Assembly: GCA_023512635.1 (NCBI GenBank)
Contig: JAILZF010000001.1
Coordinates: forward strand, 1 to 55,724
Length of the DNA: 55,724 nt
Direction of reading: 5' to 3'
Source of the DNA: Alicyclobacillus sp.
Lineage (GTDB): Bacteria > Bacillota > Bacilli > Alicyclobacillales > Alicyclobacillaceae
The position numbers were made by a program, and so were the translations under genes. Of the stretch, positions 19,820 through 29,447 are shown one piece after another. The notes under the pieces were generated by a model that saw nothing but the letters and a program-made list of their open reading frames with translations, did no database searches and was not told where the DNA came from. Each line of letters starts with the position of its first letter. Positions within the stretch are counted from its first letter, which is position 1.

Positions 19820-20914
19820 TCAAGAGGTACGATGGGCGCGCAAGCCCGCACGCAGGGTGAACAGCAACACCGCCAGCAACAGCAGCGTACCAAGCCAGAA
19901 CACGTCTTCTGCTGTGTAGCGAACCGCCAGCGCGTGCAACGGCAACACCCAGTAGAGCAGCGACACCGCAAACAAAACGCTTGGCACCACCCGCCCGCGC
20001 AGTCGATACGTGCCGTATACCAACAGTCCGGCCACCAAGGTTAAACCCCCGGCCAGCAGGGCCTGGGGGGTTAACTTCCAATCGGTCAAACCAATGCCCA
20101 GCGCTGGCACCAGCGTGCTTTGAAACACCAAGGCACCGGTGATGTTCCCCAGGGCCAACGCGTCTTTGCCCTGGCGAATCCAGACCACGCTGTTCAGCGT
20201 TTCAGGCAACTCGGTGGCAAGCGGGATCAACAGGGCGGATAAGACAAACGGCGGTACATCCAGCCAGACCGCAATCTGCGCCACGCCGGAGGCCAGCAAC
20301 CGTGCCCCCCCGACAATCGCTGCCAAGGCAATCGTAAGCTGCAGGAGCACGGCTGCCAACAACGGCTGATCCCGCTTCCCTTGCAGATACAAAGGGTGCA
20401 GCTGCAGCGCCTCGCTTACCTCTGAGCGGTCGCGGAACGACTGCCATAAAAAATATCCGTACACCCCCACCAGCATCCCGGGTGCCACCAGGTGCAACCC
20501 GCGCCAAGGCGCTACACCCACCACAAGGACAAACGAGTAAGCGATTATAAAGAACGCCATGTCCCGTTGAAAGGCAGTCCTCTGGACGTGCGGAGAAGTT
20601 GCCCGACCCGTTTGTCGCCGCGCCAAGACCAGCGCGCAGGCGACAATTGCGCTCCCCAGTGTGACCAGCAAAAACGGCGCGCCAAGGATCCCGCCAATCC
20701 CCACTTCCTGGGCGGAACTGTCGCTGCCAAAGAGGATGGCCGCAACGGGAACAGCGGTTTCCGGCAAGGCAGTCCCGAGCGCTGCCAACACACTGCCCAC
20801 GGCGCTTTGCCCTAAGTTTAACTTACAGCCGAGCCACTCCACCGCGTTGGTGAACAGCTCAGCCCCAAACAACACCATTGCCAAGGCAAACAGCATCGAT
20901 AGCCCGGCCTGCAT
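19820..20914 (-). CDS. sodium:calcium antiporter (CaCA family)
   Basis: Alpha repeats GTALPET and ATELPET...LGNITGA; multi-TM. Confidence 0.88.
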   Translation of the reverse strand: MQAGLSMLFALAMVLFGAELFTNAVEWLGCKLNLGQSAVGSVLAALGTALPETAVPVAAILFGSDSSAQEVGIGGILGAPFLLVTLGSAIVACALVLARRQTGRATSPHVQRTAFQRDMAFFIIAYSFVLVVGVAPWRGLHLVAPGMLVGVYGYFLWQSFRDRSEVSEALQLHPLYLQGKRDQPLLAAVLLQLTIALAAIVGGARLLASGVAQIAVWLDVPPFVLSALLIPLATELPETLNSVVWIRQGKDALALGNITGALVFQSTLVPALGIGLTDWKLTPQALLAGGLTLVAGLLVYGTYRLRGRVVPSVLFAVSLLYWVLPLHALAVRYTAEDVFWLGTLLLLAVLLFTLRAGLRAHRTS

Positions 20915-20999
20915 GTCGCACGCTCTCCTTCCCCGGCCCGCCGCCAGGAGTGCGCAACCTGTCCGTAGCTAGCGCCGGTCGGCCATGATTCGTCCTTAG

Positions 21000-21040
21000 A
21001 CAGTACGCGGGCCAAGCAGCCAATATGACTGCTTGGCCCG
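21000..21040 (-). promoter_or_regulatory. putative sigma-E-type promoter embedded in a 12-bp inverted repeat
   Basis: GTCATATT-14 nt-CGTACTGT; arms CGGGCCAAGCAG/CTGCTTGGCCCG (21008-21040). Confidence 0.45.
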
Positions 21041-21107
21041 TCGCCCACGTGTCCACTGTTCAGAACCCGGCCGGCCTCCCTGATGCCGGTGTTGGTTGCC
21101 GCAGTTC

Positions 21108-22070
21108 CTACACGCCAACCGGCACGTCCGCTTGTGCATCCGCTGTCGCCGCCGCAGCCAGCAACTGCTGGCTCAGCCCTTGCAAGTCGGCGTCTGCCTC
21201 GACAAACAAGGCAAGCCATACATCGTCTACTGCCGCCAACATCCAGACGCGGCCCTCGTCACCGGTCAACGACGTCTCCAGCACACGGCTCAATCCGGCT
21301 TCTTTGCGCAGCCGCTGGGCGCTGCGCCAATGAGCGCGCAGGCCATCCAACAGCGCCGGTTCGTACACGCGATCGGCTGCCCCCAAGGCCTCCCCGGCAA
21401 ACGCTGCCCAGCCTAGCACCCGTTCATCCGCCGTCAATGCGGTGTAACACGCCAACCAGGGTTCCGCCGCGAGTTGCGGAGCGTTGGCTTCATAGAGGAG
21501 AAACGGCGGTCGCCGGGCGGCAAACACCCCGCGCCCGGGGGCGGGTGTACTCACCACCTCTACCCGATCGGCGCGCGCGGCCGCTGTCTTATCTGTCACC
21601 ACGAGTGAGTCGGCGCTCTTCTTCGTGCCTGCTTCCTTGCCTTTGCCAGCTTCCGCGGCTCCCTGCCCGGTTGTCCCTCTGCCCGTCCCGTCTACCGCAC
21701 CCGTTTCTGCAGGCGGCGCATGCACCACCACCGCCGGTTGCCGCCGGCGGGGCCGGCGATGAACGGCCGCTTCCGCCCAGGCGGGGCCGGCCGCCGCTGC
21801 GTCAGGCGCCGGCGGCCCCTCCTCCGTCCAGGCAGGCGAGGCGGTCTCCGCTCCACCCGGAGCGACAGATGGTGCGGAGCTGCCCCTGTCCGGCTGTGTG
21901 GCTGCGGCGTGCACGTCCGCTTGCCCTGCCGCAGGCGTCTCTGGCAGGTTTTCTGTCGCCGCCGCTGCGGCCACCTCTGTATTTTCGCGGCGCCGCCGGA
22001 CCAACCAGATGTTCATCCATACCCAGGCACAGATCACCAACAACGCCACCACAATCAGGGCCAACAACAT
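21108..22070 (-). CDS. membrane-anchored hypothetical protein with low-complexity linker and Roadblock-like C-terminal domain
   Basis: N-terminal TM helix plus RRRR, Ala/Pro/Gly-rich linker and ~110-aa globular C-terminus. Start is uncertain. Confidence 0.7.
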   Translation of the reverse strand: MLLALIVVALLVICAWVWMNIWLVRRRRENTEVAAAAATENLPETPAAGQADVHAAATQPDRGSSAPSVAPGGAETASPAWTEEGPPAPDAAAAGPAWAEAAVHRRPRRRQPAVVVHAPPAETGAVDGTGRGTTGQGAAEAGKGKEAGTKKSADSLVVTDKTAAARADRVEVVSTPAPGRGVFAARRPPFLLYEANAPQLAAEPWLACYTALTADERVLGWAAFAGEALGAADRVYEPALLDGLRAHWRSAQRLRKEAGLSRVLETSLTGDEGRVWMLAAVDDVWLALFVEADADLQGLSQQLLAAAATADAQADVPVGV

Positions 22071-22099
22071 CCCCAACACCCCTTCACCCAAAGCATTGA

Positions 22100-22747
22100 T
22101 CAGACGTTGTCACGATGAATGCGGACCGAGGCGTTCATCCCGGGGATGATGTACTTGCCACCTTTCCCGGTAAAGGCGATTTTCACCGGGATGCGCTGCA
22201 CCTCCTTGGTAAATCCTGTGGTCGGTGCCGTGGGTACGGGCTGTCCCTGGGCGGCTGACTCCGCTCCCACCCAAGAAACGGTCCCGGAGAACGTGTCACC
22301 GGGGAAAGCATCCAGGTAAATGTCGACGCTCTGCCCTGGTTTGACGTTGCGCACCGCGGTCTCCTGGACGTTGGCAAGCACGTACTCCCCATCCAGGTTG
22401 CCAATCACCGCCAGCTGCATACCGGGAGCCACCACCATGCCAGACACGGCTGACGTCCGCACCACCTGCCCGGTGATGGGGGCAGTCAGGTTGACCGTTT
22501 GCCCCGTGGGCAAACTGACCTGGCCGAGGACGTCCCCCGCACGGACCCGGTCTCCTTGATGAACCGTCCAACGCGTCAGTTTGCCTGCCGTGGCCGCGAC
22601 CATCGGCTGCAAATCAGCGGCCACCTGGGCGTCCTGCTCGACCACGTAACGGCTGCGGTTGAGCCACCACACCCAGCCACCAATCAGCAGCGCAGCAATC
22701 ACTACAATGGTGACGATGTTTATGACGACCAGTTGCCGCGCGCGCAT
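22100..22747 (-). CDS. short HlyD/EmrA-family membrane fusion protein
   Basis: TM helix; lipoyl-like GDRVRAGDVL..APITG; VKPGQSVDIYLDAFP and FTKEVQRIPVKI..PGMNA motifs. Confidence 0.88.
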   Translation of the reverse strand: MRARQLVVINIVTIVVIAALLIGGWVWWLNRSRYVVEQDAQVAADLQPMVAATAGKLTRWTVHQGDRVRAGDVLGQVSLPTGQTVNLTAPITGQVVRTSAVSGMVVAPGMQLAVIGNLDGEYVLANVQETAVRNVKPGQSVDIYLDAFPGDTFSGTVSWVGAESAAQGQPVPTAPTTGFTKEVQRIPVKIAFTGKGGKYIIPGMNASVRIHRDNV

Positions 22748-22872
22748 GGCACACCCCCGCATTCGCTCTGGGACGTGACTGCCCGGCGGGCCGCAGCGAC
22801 CGGAACCTTCTCGCGCGCAAGACACAACAGCCAAAGCTGGCGCGGACGGCAGGGACACCGCAAGCCGTTCGC

Positions 22873-23712
22873 CTAGTGGTAGTCGCGTTCCTCTGCCCGC
22901 GGCCGCCAGGGTAAAAACGACAACGCCTGCGGACGCAGACGCAACACACTGGGAACAGCCAGAATACAGCAGACAGAGCTGTACGCCAAGGCAAACCACA
23001 ACCAGGCGTGCGGGCTCGCGGGCACAGCCCCGGCCAGGGCAGCCTCGACCCAGAGCGGGTTCAATTCCAACAAACATTTTCCCCAGATGACTAAGAAATA
23101 CTCGACCGGGTCGTGAGCGGCCACGAGCTGCAAGCCATAGCCGAGGACCCCGGTCAGCACCACCATCACGGCCACGGTGGCATAGGACACCACCGTGCTC
23201 CACCCAGAGCGCAAGGCCAAGGTCGACCAGCAGACGCTGATGGCGGCAATCAGCACCAGGGTAAACAGCTGAAACGCGAACACCGCTACGACTTCACCAG
23301 GGACAGCGCCGCCAAAGAGGAAGACGAGGCTGTAGAGGGGCAGGGAAACGGCCAGCAACAAGGCGAGCAAAGCGCTGGAAGACAAGATCTTGCCAATCAG
23401 GATGCCCAACGCCGAGAGGGGGGTGGAGAGCAACACCACCAGCGTGCGCCGCTCGCGCTCGCCACTGATGGCACCCGCCGCAAACGCTGGGGCGAGAAAC
23501 GCCGCCACCAGCAACTGCACCAGGCTCAGCGTGACAAACACCTGCTCACTGCGCGAAGGCAGGAGCAGGGTGAGTTGGCCCTGGACATTCTCATGCAGAA
23601 GAAACAGAGTAAACGCGAACATCGCACAAAAATACCCGCAAATCACAAAAGGCGCCCGCCAGGTGCGCATCCGCTGGCGGAACTCTTTGAGCAATAAGGG
23701 GTTACGCAACAA
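22873..23712 (-). CDS. ABC-2 type transporter permease
   Basis: NPLLLKEFRQRMR and AGAISGERERRTL..LLSTPLS...GKI motifs. Confidence 0.9.
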   Translation of the reverse strand: MLRNPLLLKEFRQRMRTWRAPFVICGYFCAMFAFTLFLLHENVQGQLTLLLPSRSEQVFVTLSLVQLLVAAFLAPAFAAGAISGERERRTLVVLLSTPLSALGILIGKILSSSALLALLLAVSLPLYSLVFLFGGAVPGEVVAVFAFQLFTLVLIAAISVCWSTLALRSGWSTVVSYATVAVMVVLTGVLGYGLQLVAAHDPVEYFLVIWGKCLLELNPLWVEAALAGAVPASPHAWLWFALAYSSVCCILAVPSVLRLRPQALSFLPWRPRAEERDYH

Positions 23713-23733
23713 CAGGCCTCTCCCCCTCTTTGC

Positions 23734-24663
23734 TTACGTGGCTTCCCGCTGCTCCGTTAACCGCAGGTAGAGTGCTTCCAAATCGGTCGGCCGCTCAGCA
23801 AACTGGCGCACCGCCAAACCGCTGCGCACCAGGCGCGCCAACAAGTCTGCCTGTTGCTCCACGGTGCCCGCAAACGACAGCTCCACCCCGTCCGGCTCCA
23901 CCCGGTAATCGAGCACTCGCGGGTCGCCTTCCAGCAACCTGGCCCAGGTGCGCACGTCAGCGGTGGCCTCGACCCACAGACTGCGATACGCGCTGGAGTG
24001 GCTTAACACCACGTCCAGGGCCGCCAACGCCACCAACTCCCCACCGCGCAGAATCCCAATTTCATCGGCCACTTCCGACAGCTCGTGCAAAATATGGGAG
24101 CTGATCAGCATGGTTTTGCCCAGTTCCCGTAACTTGGCCAAAACCCCGCGTACCTCTATGCGTGATCTTGGGTCCAGCCCGGACGTTGGCTCGTCCAAGA
24201 TCAGCACAGGCGGGTCGTGCATGAGACAGCGAGCTATTTCTAAACGCTGTTGCATCCCCCGGGACAGGTTGTTCACATATTTGTCGCGGTGCTCCCACAA
24301 CCCCACCCAATCCAGGTATTCCTTGCAGCGCGCCTGCGTCAGGCGGCGGGGAACCCGGTAACACTCGGCGTAAAACGTCAGGTATTCCTCCACGCGGATG
24401 TCGTCGTACACGCCAAACGAATCTGGCATGTAGCCGATGGATCGGCGGACCCCTTGCGGCTGGCGGGACACCTCATAGCCGTTGACGTACGCCCGACCCG
24501 ACGTCGGGGTGGTAAGTGTGGCTAAGATCGACAGGGTGGTGGTCTTACCTGCCCCGTTTTCTCCCACCAAGCCTAGGATGGTGCCGCGCCTGACATACAG
24601 GTTGAGGTCTTTCACGGCGGCGACGCGCCCATACCATTTGCTGAGGTGATCCGTTTGAATCAC
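23734..24663 (-). CDS. ABC transporter ATP-binding protein
   Basis: GENGAGKTT, LSRGMQQR, ILDEPTSGLDP and SSH motifs. Confidence 0.95.
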   Translation of the reverse strand: MIQTDHLSKWYGRVAAVKDLNLYVRRGTILGLVGENGAGKTTTLSILATLTTPTSGRAYVNGYEVSRQPQGVRRSIGYMPDSFGVYDDIRVEEYLTFYAECYRVPRRLTQARCKEYLDWVGLWEHRDKYVNNLSRGMQQRLEIARCLMHDPPVLILDEPTSGLDPRSRIEVRGVLAKLRELGKTMLISSHILHELSEVADEIGILRGGELVALAALDVVLSHSSAYRSLWVEATADVRTWARLLEGDPRVLDYRVEPDGVELSFAGTVEQQADLLARLVRSGLAVRQFAERPTDLEALYLRLTEQREAT

Positions 24664-26777
24664 AGCGGCGACACTCCCCCCGCTAGCGGCAAGATGGCTA
24701 CCGGTGCAAGTTGGCGGACAAGCAACAGGGTCTGGTTGGAGTCTATCGCCTGCTGGACGTTCACCTCAGCCAAGCCAGGCAGGGGACTGCCTGTGGTGTT
24801 GTCGGCCGTCGCCACCAACAAGGCTTGATCCCCGTCGGCCGCCAGGCTGAGCAGCCCGGCGGCGGACGCATAGCTTCCCAACGGCCGGCCAATGCCACGG
24901 GAGACGTCACGGTTGTACGCTGCGTACGCGGACAAGTACCCGCCCGCCCCGGCCACCTGGGCATTGCCCGGATTGAGTGTTGCCATCCCGCCCGGCGGCA
25001 CGTCCCCTACGGGATACAGCTTGCCGTTCCAACACACCGCCAACTTGTGCAGCGTGTACGGGGTCTGATTGGACACTGTCCCGGCCAACCCGCCGGCCAC
25101 CGTCGACAGGTCGGTCAACACCTCTCCTTGGTTGTGGACAAGGCCAGCACTGTACGTGTACCTTACCCCCCAACGGCCAATATCAAGAAAGCTGGCTGTT
25201 GTCTGAGTGCCTACATCAACCCACGCCTCGCCCAACTGGCGCACGTTTTCTTCAGCCATCGGCAACAGCCAGACAGGCTCGCGTTGGGTGACCGTGGCAT
25301 TGGTGACAAACGGCGACATCAGGGCGCGAATCCCATACGCCTCCGCTTCGCCCCCGCCGACCAGGTCGAGCACGCCGACCCCTTCCGTCAGCAGTCCGCC
25401 GGGCCGTTGGCTGGCCCCAAACGCGTAAATGCTGACGGTCGTGACCAGACTGAGCGTAGGCAGGGCGGCCCACGCCCATGGTTCCCGCCGCCAGCGCCGC
25501 AACAGCCAAAACACACCAGGTCCCAAGGCGAGTGCGTACACGCCCAACACACCCGCCCAAAAACTGAGCGACGGGATGCGCAAAGGGGAAAGGGCGTCAC
25601 TCGCAGCCGCCAGCATCAAGGCTTGACCTGGATCGAGCAGTTCCGGCAACGCCCGTGCCGCCCCGGCGTCACCCTGTTTCAACACGTGCGTCCACAACGC
25701 CGTGTTGCTCGCCCAGGCCAGCAACCCCGGCTGACTAGGCGTAAATGCGCTCTGCACCACCTTGCCGCGGCCGAGGCTAGTGGCTGCCAGCAAAGGTTGC
25801 CCGGCGGTGCCCGCCCATAAGACCGCACCCTCCCTTAAGGGGCCGGCCGTCACCTGGACGGCGGGGGGCGGAGTGACCGAGTCACCGACGAAGGCCGCCA
25901 GCGGTTGACCGCCGACCGACTGGTCCGGCCCCGGTGCAATGGGCAGCACGCTGTCCCACGCCGATCCCGCATGGCCTGTCCCGGTCACCAGCAAGAGGCC
26001 GCCTAGTTTCACCCAGTCGGTCAATGCAGCCGCCTGGTGCGGCGACAGGCGGGCCAGGGCGTGCGGCGAGGCGGCCACGGCCGCGACCTCGCCCAGGAGA
26101 TTCGAGTCGTCCGGCAGTGATTCCGGGTGAATCGCCACGGGCAAGACCGGACTGCCGCCCGGGCCGTACGTCGATCCCGTTAAAAACTGCGCTGACTGGG
26201 GCTGTGTGGACAACACCGTGACCAACGCGACTTTTCCAAGTTCAGTCCCGGACAACCGGGCGGCGGCGACCATTTCTCCGCCCACAAAACACTCCACCAC
26301 GGCGCCGTCTGCGACCGCTTGTCCAGGTACGGCCAGCCACTTGTCCACCTGGCTGTGCGCCGGCAGGCTGGCTGTCCAACGCAGGGTGCCATCGACCATA
26401 CGTTGTGTACCCACCGGGAAGTGCAAGGCCACCCGTAACTGGGCCTGGGCTGCCGGTCCTTGGTTGGTGATCGTCAGGTGTACAGGAATCCAATCACTGC
26501 GGCTGTAATAGCCGTCAAACCCGACCTCGGTGGACAGGGTGACACTTGGCTCGGCGGCAGCAGCCAGCACAGGACCTGTCCACCGCCAACCTGCGGCTGG
26601 GTCTGCAGTCCCGCCGATCCACCAGCATGTGACGAGGGCCATCAACCACCCGGCCAGCCTGCAGCGCGCTTGGGTCCGCGCACGTGCTGGCCAGCCTGTC
26701 CTGTGTGACCAACAGCTTGTCCCGTACCGCCGGCTGCTTGTGCGGTCTACCCCGCTGGTCATCGCCTGCTGCGTCAT
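24660..26777 (-). CDS. large membrane/secreted protein associated with the ABC exporter
   Basis: Signal-like segment, GFDG..W.PV Ig-like start, Q.AAL..WV..GG.L GATase-like region and two internal TMs; overlaps the ATPase start. True start is uncertain. Confidence 0.75.
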   Translation of the reverse strand: MTQQAMTSGVDRTSSRRYGTSCWSHRTGWPARARTQARCRLAGWLMALVTCWWIGGTADPAAGWRWTGPVLAAAAEPSVTLSTEVGFDGYYSRSDWIPVHLTITNQGPAAQAQLRVALHFPVGTQRMVDGTLRWTASLPAHSQVDKWLAVPGQAVADGAVVECFVGGEMVAAARLSGTELGKVALVTVLSTQPQSAQFLTGSTYGPGGSPVLPVAIHPESLPDDSNLLGEVAAVAASPHALARLSPHQAAALTDWVKLGGLLLVTGTGHAGSAWDSVLPIAPGPDQSVGGQPLAAFVGDSVTPPPAVQVTAGPLREGAVLWAGTAGQPLLAATSLGRGKVVQSAFTPSQPGLLAWASNTALWTHVLKQGDAGAARALPELLDPGQALMLAAASDALSPLRIPSLSFWAGVLGVYALALGPGVFWLLRRWRREPWAWAALPTLSLVTTVSIYAFGASQRPGGLLTEGVGVLDLVGGGEAEAYGIRALMSPFVTNATVTQREPVWLLPMAEENVRQLGEAWVDVGTQTTASFLDIGRWGVRYTYSAGLVHNQGEVLTDLSTVAGGLAGTVSNQTPYTLHKLAVCWNGKLYPVGDVPPGGMATLNPGNAQVAGAGGYLSAYAAYNRDVSRGIGRPLGSYASAAGLLSLAADGDQALLVATADNTTGSPLPGLAEVNVQQAIDSNQTLLLVRQLAPVAILPLAGGVSPL

Positions 26778-26867
26778 CTTCTTGAGCTTAGCCTTGACGG
26801 GACGTCACCTCCCGTGGCAGTCTCCGCCCATGTCCGGCCCTAACCCTCCCCCTGATTGTACCGCTGG

Positions 26868-27965
26868 CTAACCCCGGTGCGCCAGATGGACGGCATACGC
26901 CGCCAGATATCGTGCTGCTTGCCGCTGCATGTCTCGATCCAGCAGCAGACGCGCAGGCTTGGGATTGACCTCAATCAGCCACACCTTGCCTTGTGTGTCG
27001 ATCCCCATGTCCAAGCCCAGCCAACCACAGTGGCGCCACCGCCGGCTCACAGCTGCCGCCACTTGCCGGGCGGTTTCTTGCAAGCTCGCCAAGGGCAGCG
27101 TCACCCCCGCTCGCGCCAGTGCCGCTTGGCAGGAAGGCAGCCCTAACCGTTCGCCTCCCGCCACGAGATTGGTAACCACCCCCCCTTGGCCAGCCAGTTT
27201 CGGAATCACCCCTACCACTTGCCACTCCCCGTTGCCGTCGCGCGCGAGCACCACCCGAAAGTCAAGTTTCCGGCCGTCCAGGGACAGCAAGTCAAGGCCC
27301 CGCTGAATCAGGTGGAGTTGCCGGCGGCGTGCGGACAACACACGGCGTAGTGCCGACTCTGTCCACTCCCCGGCCAGCGGGCCGCGCCCCTTGGCTGGCC
27401 GGTCTGTACGCCAGCGGAAACGGCCGTTCGGCAACGCCTCCACGCGGGTGACCCCAGCCCCCCCGTAGCCACCTGCTGGCTTGATATACGCTGAACCCCA
27501 CGCGCGAATCCGTTGCACGGCTTGCACAGGGTCCTGGAGACGGTGCGTTTCCGGCAGGCATGCGCTCAATCCCGCCCGTAGCAACCAGGTATGCATGGTC
27601 CACTTATGCCCCATCAGCGGGTTGAACAAAGGAATGCCCCGTGCTGCAGCAGCGCGCCGCAACGGTCCTGTGACCCCGCGTACCGCCAAATGGACAAACA
27701 CATTTTCATAAAATACGTCGGGCAGGCGCTGCCAGCGTTGAACCCACGCCCCGTCAGGCTGCCCGGGTTCCAGCGGCACCCAGGCGCGCATGCGGCGGTC
27801 TGTCCAACGCACATCCTCTGGGGCCAAGACGGCCAACTGTGCCCCCAAATCAGCAGCCCGTTCTGCCATCCGCCGGTAAAACCACGGCGGACGGCAAGGC
27901 CTGCCCTGGCGGCTGCGCGGCCGTACTGTCGTGATGACGCCGATGAGCGGCCTGCTCCCACCCAC
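26868..27965 (-). CDS. YheC/YheD family ATP-grasp (spore coat-associated) protein
   Basis: YIKP.GG.GG.G, DFRV, VTNL..GG and GLDMGID..G.VWLIEVNPKP motifs; CATATACT sporulation-type -10 upstream. Confidence 0.9.
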   Translation of the reverse strand: MGGSRPLIGVITTVRPRSRQGRPCRPPWFYRRMAERAADLGAQLAVLAPEDVRWTDRRMRAWVPLEPGQPDGAWVQRWQRLPDVFYENVFVHLAVRGVTGPLRRAAAARGIPLFNPLMGHKWTMHTWLLRAGLSACLPETHRLQDPVQAVQRIRAWGSAYIKPAGGYGGAGVTRVEALPNGRFRWRTDRPAKGRGPLAGEWTESALRRVLSARRRQLHLIQRGLDLLSLDGRKLDFRVVLARDGNGEWQVVGVIPKLAGQGGVVTNLVAGGERLGLPSCQAALARAGVTLPLASLQETARQVAAAVSRRWRHCGWLGLDMGIDTQGKVWLIEVNPKPARLLLDRDMQRQAARYLAAYAVHLAHRG

Positions 27966-28062
27966 AACCGTCACTCCCTTTGCTCCGCTGGCACAGTATA
28001 TGTCAGCCCGCACAGCCGGGCTGGACGGCAGCCCGGCTGTAGCTTACAAGGAGGGTTACGCG

Positions 28063-28440
28063 TTGTTGCGTACCGTGTGCAAAGGGAAGATCCACCGTGC
28101 AGTGGTCACGCAAGCTGACCTGAACTACGTCGGCAGTATCACCATCGACCGCACACTGATGGACGCCGCTGATATCCGCCCTTACGAAATGGTGCAGATC
28201 ACCAACCTGTCCAACAGCGTCTTATGGCAGACGTACGCCTTGCCCGCACCGCCACAATCAGGAACGCTCTGCCTGAACGGACCGCCAGCCCGGCTGTTTC
28301 AACCGGGAGACAAGGTCATCGTGCTCTCGTTAGCCCTCGTGACCGATGAAGAGTGGGCCGCGTTAGAGCCGAAAGTGGTGTTTGTCGACGACCACAACCA
28401 GATTGAAGCTGTGTTACAACAAAAGCCTGTCGATTTATAA
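28063..28440 (+). CDS. panD: pyruvoyl-dependent aspartate 1-decarboxylase-family protein (divergent PanD)
   Basis: K9-IHR, LNYVG/SITID self-cleavage site (G24-S25), T57-Y58 and LNG motifs; AAGGAGG RBS with TTG start. Confidence 0.85.
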   Translation: MLRTVCKGKIHRAVVTQADLNYVGSITIDRTLMDAADIRPYEMVQITNLSNSVLWQTYALPAPPQSGTLCLNGPPARLFQPGDKVIVLSLALVTDEEWAALEPKVVFVDDHNQIEAVLQQKPVDL

Positions 28441-28612
28441 GATGGATGAACCGCCCCTGTGCAAGACGCATCCCCGGCGGTCCGCGACGAGCAGATTCGG
28501 ACGCCGGGGACTCGCTGGACCTTTGTTGCTGCTTTTTTCAAGCTCATTTCAACAATGGGGAGGTATGACTGGAGAGGAAGGGGACCCGAGGTCAAAGCCA
28601 AGGAGGGTGCTT

Positions 28613-29146
28613 ATGGGTGTGCGCAGCTTCGCAGGATGGGTTTTCCAGTTCTTTTGTCGAAGCGCTCAGCCCCGCCGCGGCCTGCGCTTTCTCGCTGGCG
28701 GTGCCGGAAGCGCCCTCGTCGATTACGGGGTCCTCGCCGGCTTAACCACCGGGATCGCCCGACCCAGTGGTCTGCAACTGGCTTGCGCCAACACCCTGGC
28801 CGTGCTCTGTGCCCTTCTGTACAGCTACCTTTGGAACCGGCACTGGACGTTTGCGGCAACCGCCGACGGCAGCCGCCAGGAGAAACGCCGCTTTGTCCTG
28901 GCGGCCACGGTCAACCTGGCGGTCAACAACGGCGTGTTGCTGACCGGCCAAAGCATCCTTGGGGTGTGGTCACCCCAGTGGGCCGGCGTCAACGTCGCAA
29001 AGTGGGTGGCGATGGCCTTGTCCTCCATCGTCATGTACGCTTTGCTCAGAGGGTACGTGTTCAAACGTTCGCAGCAGAGCGGGAAGCATCCGCAGCAGCA
29101 CGGTACTCAGCCGTCACCTTCGTGTGAATGCCCCCACGCACGGTAA
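28613..29146 (+). CDS. GtrA family membrane protein
   Basis: LRFLAGG...VD, AN...[13 protein letters not shown] and AK...Y...R.YVF motifs; AAGGAGG RBS. Confidence 0.85.
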   Translation: MGVRSFAGWVFQFFCRSAQPRRGLRFLAGGAGSALVDYGVLAGLTTGIARPSGLQLACANTLAVLCALLYSYLWNRHWTFAATADGSRQEKRRFVLAATVNLAVNNGVLLTGQSILGVWSPQWAGVNVAKWVAMALSSIVMYALLRGYVFKRSQQSGKHPQQHGTQPSPSCECPHAR

Positions 29147-29447
29147 ACTCACCACAGACACGGGCATACCGCGGTTGAGCAGCCGCTACAAAATCGTTCA
29201 AAATCAGGTTGACCACATCTTCGTGAAAGTGGCCTTCGTTGCGATAGCTCCAAAGATACAGCTTGAGCGATTTCAACTCGACCAAGTGCTCCCCGGGCTG
29301 ATAGTGGATCGTGATGGTTGCAAAATCGGGTTGCCCCGTCATCGGACACAACGTTGTAAACTCCGCCGTCGACATTTCTACATCGTACACCCGATCCGGA
29401 TGTGGATTAGGTACAACCACCAGCTGTTTGGATGGTTGCGTCGTCAT
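29061..29447 (-). CDS. queF: NADPH-dependent preQ0 reductase (unimodular QueF)
   Basis: [28 protein letters not shown] and RGG motifs. Confidence 0.95.
   Translation of the reverse strand: MTTQPSKQLVVVPNPHPDRVYDVEMSTAEFTTLCPMTGQPDFATITIHYQPGEHLVELKSLKLYLWSYRNEGHFHEDVVNLILNDFVAAAQPRYARVCGEFTVRGGIHTKVTAEYRAAADASRSAANV

Noticed and set aside
20915..21060. yybP-ykoY (Mn2+) riboswitch ahead of the CaCA antiporter
   Set aside because: No GGGGAGUA/CGUC/AGAC consensus is present.
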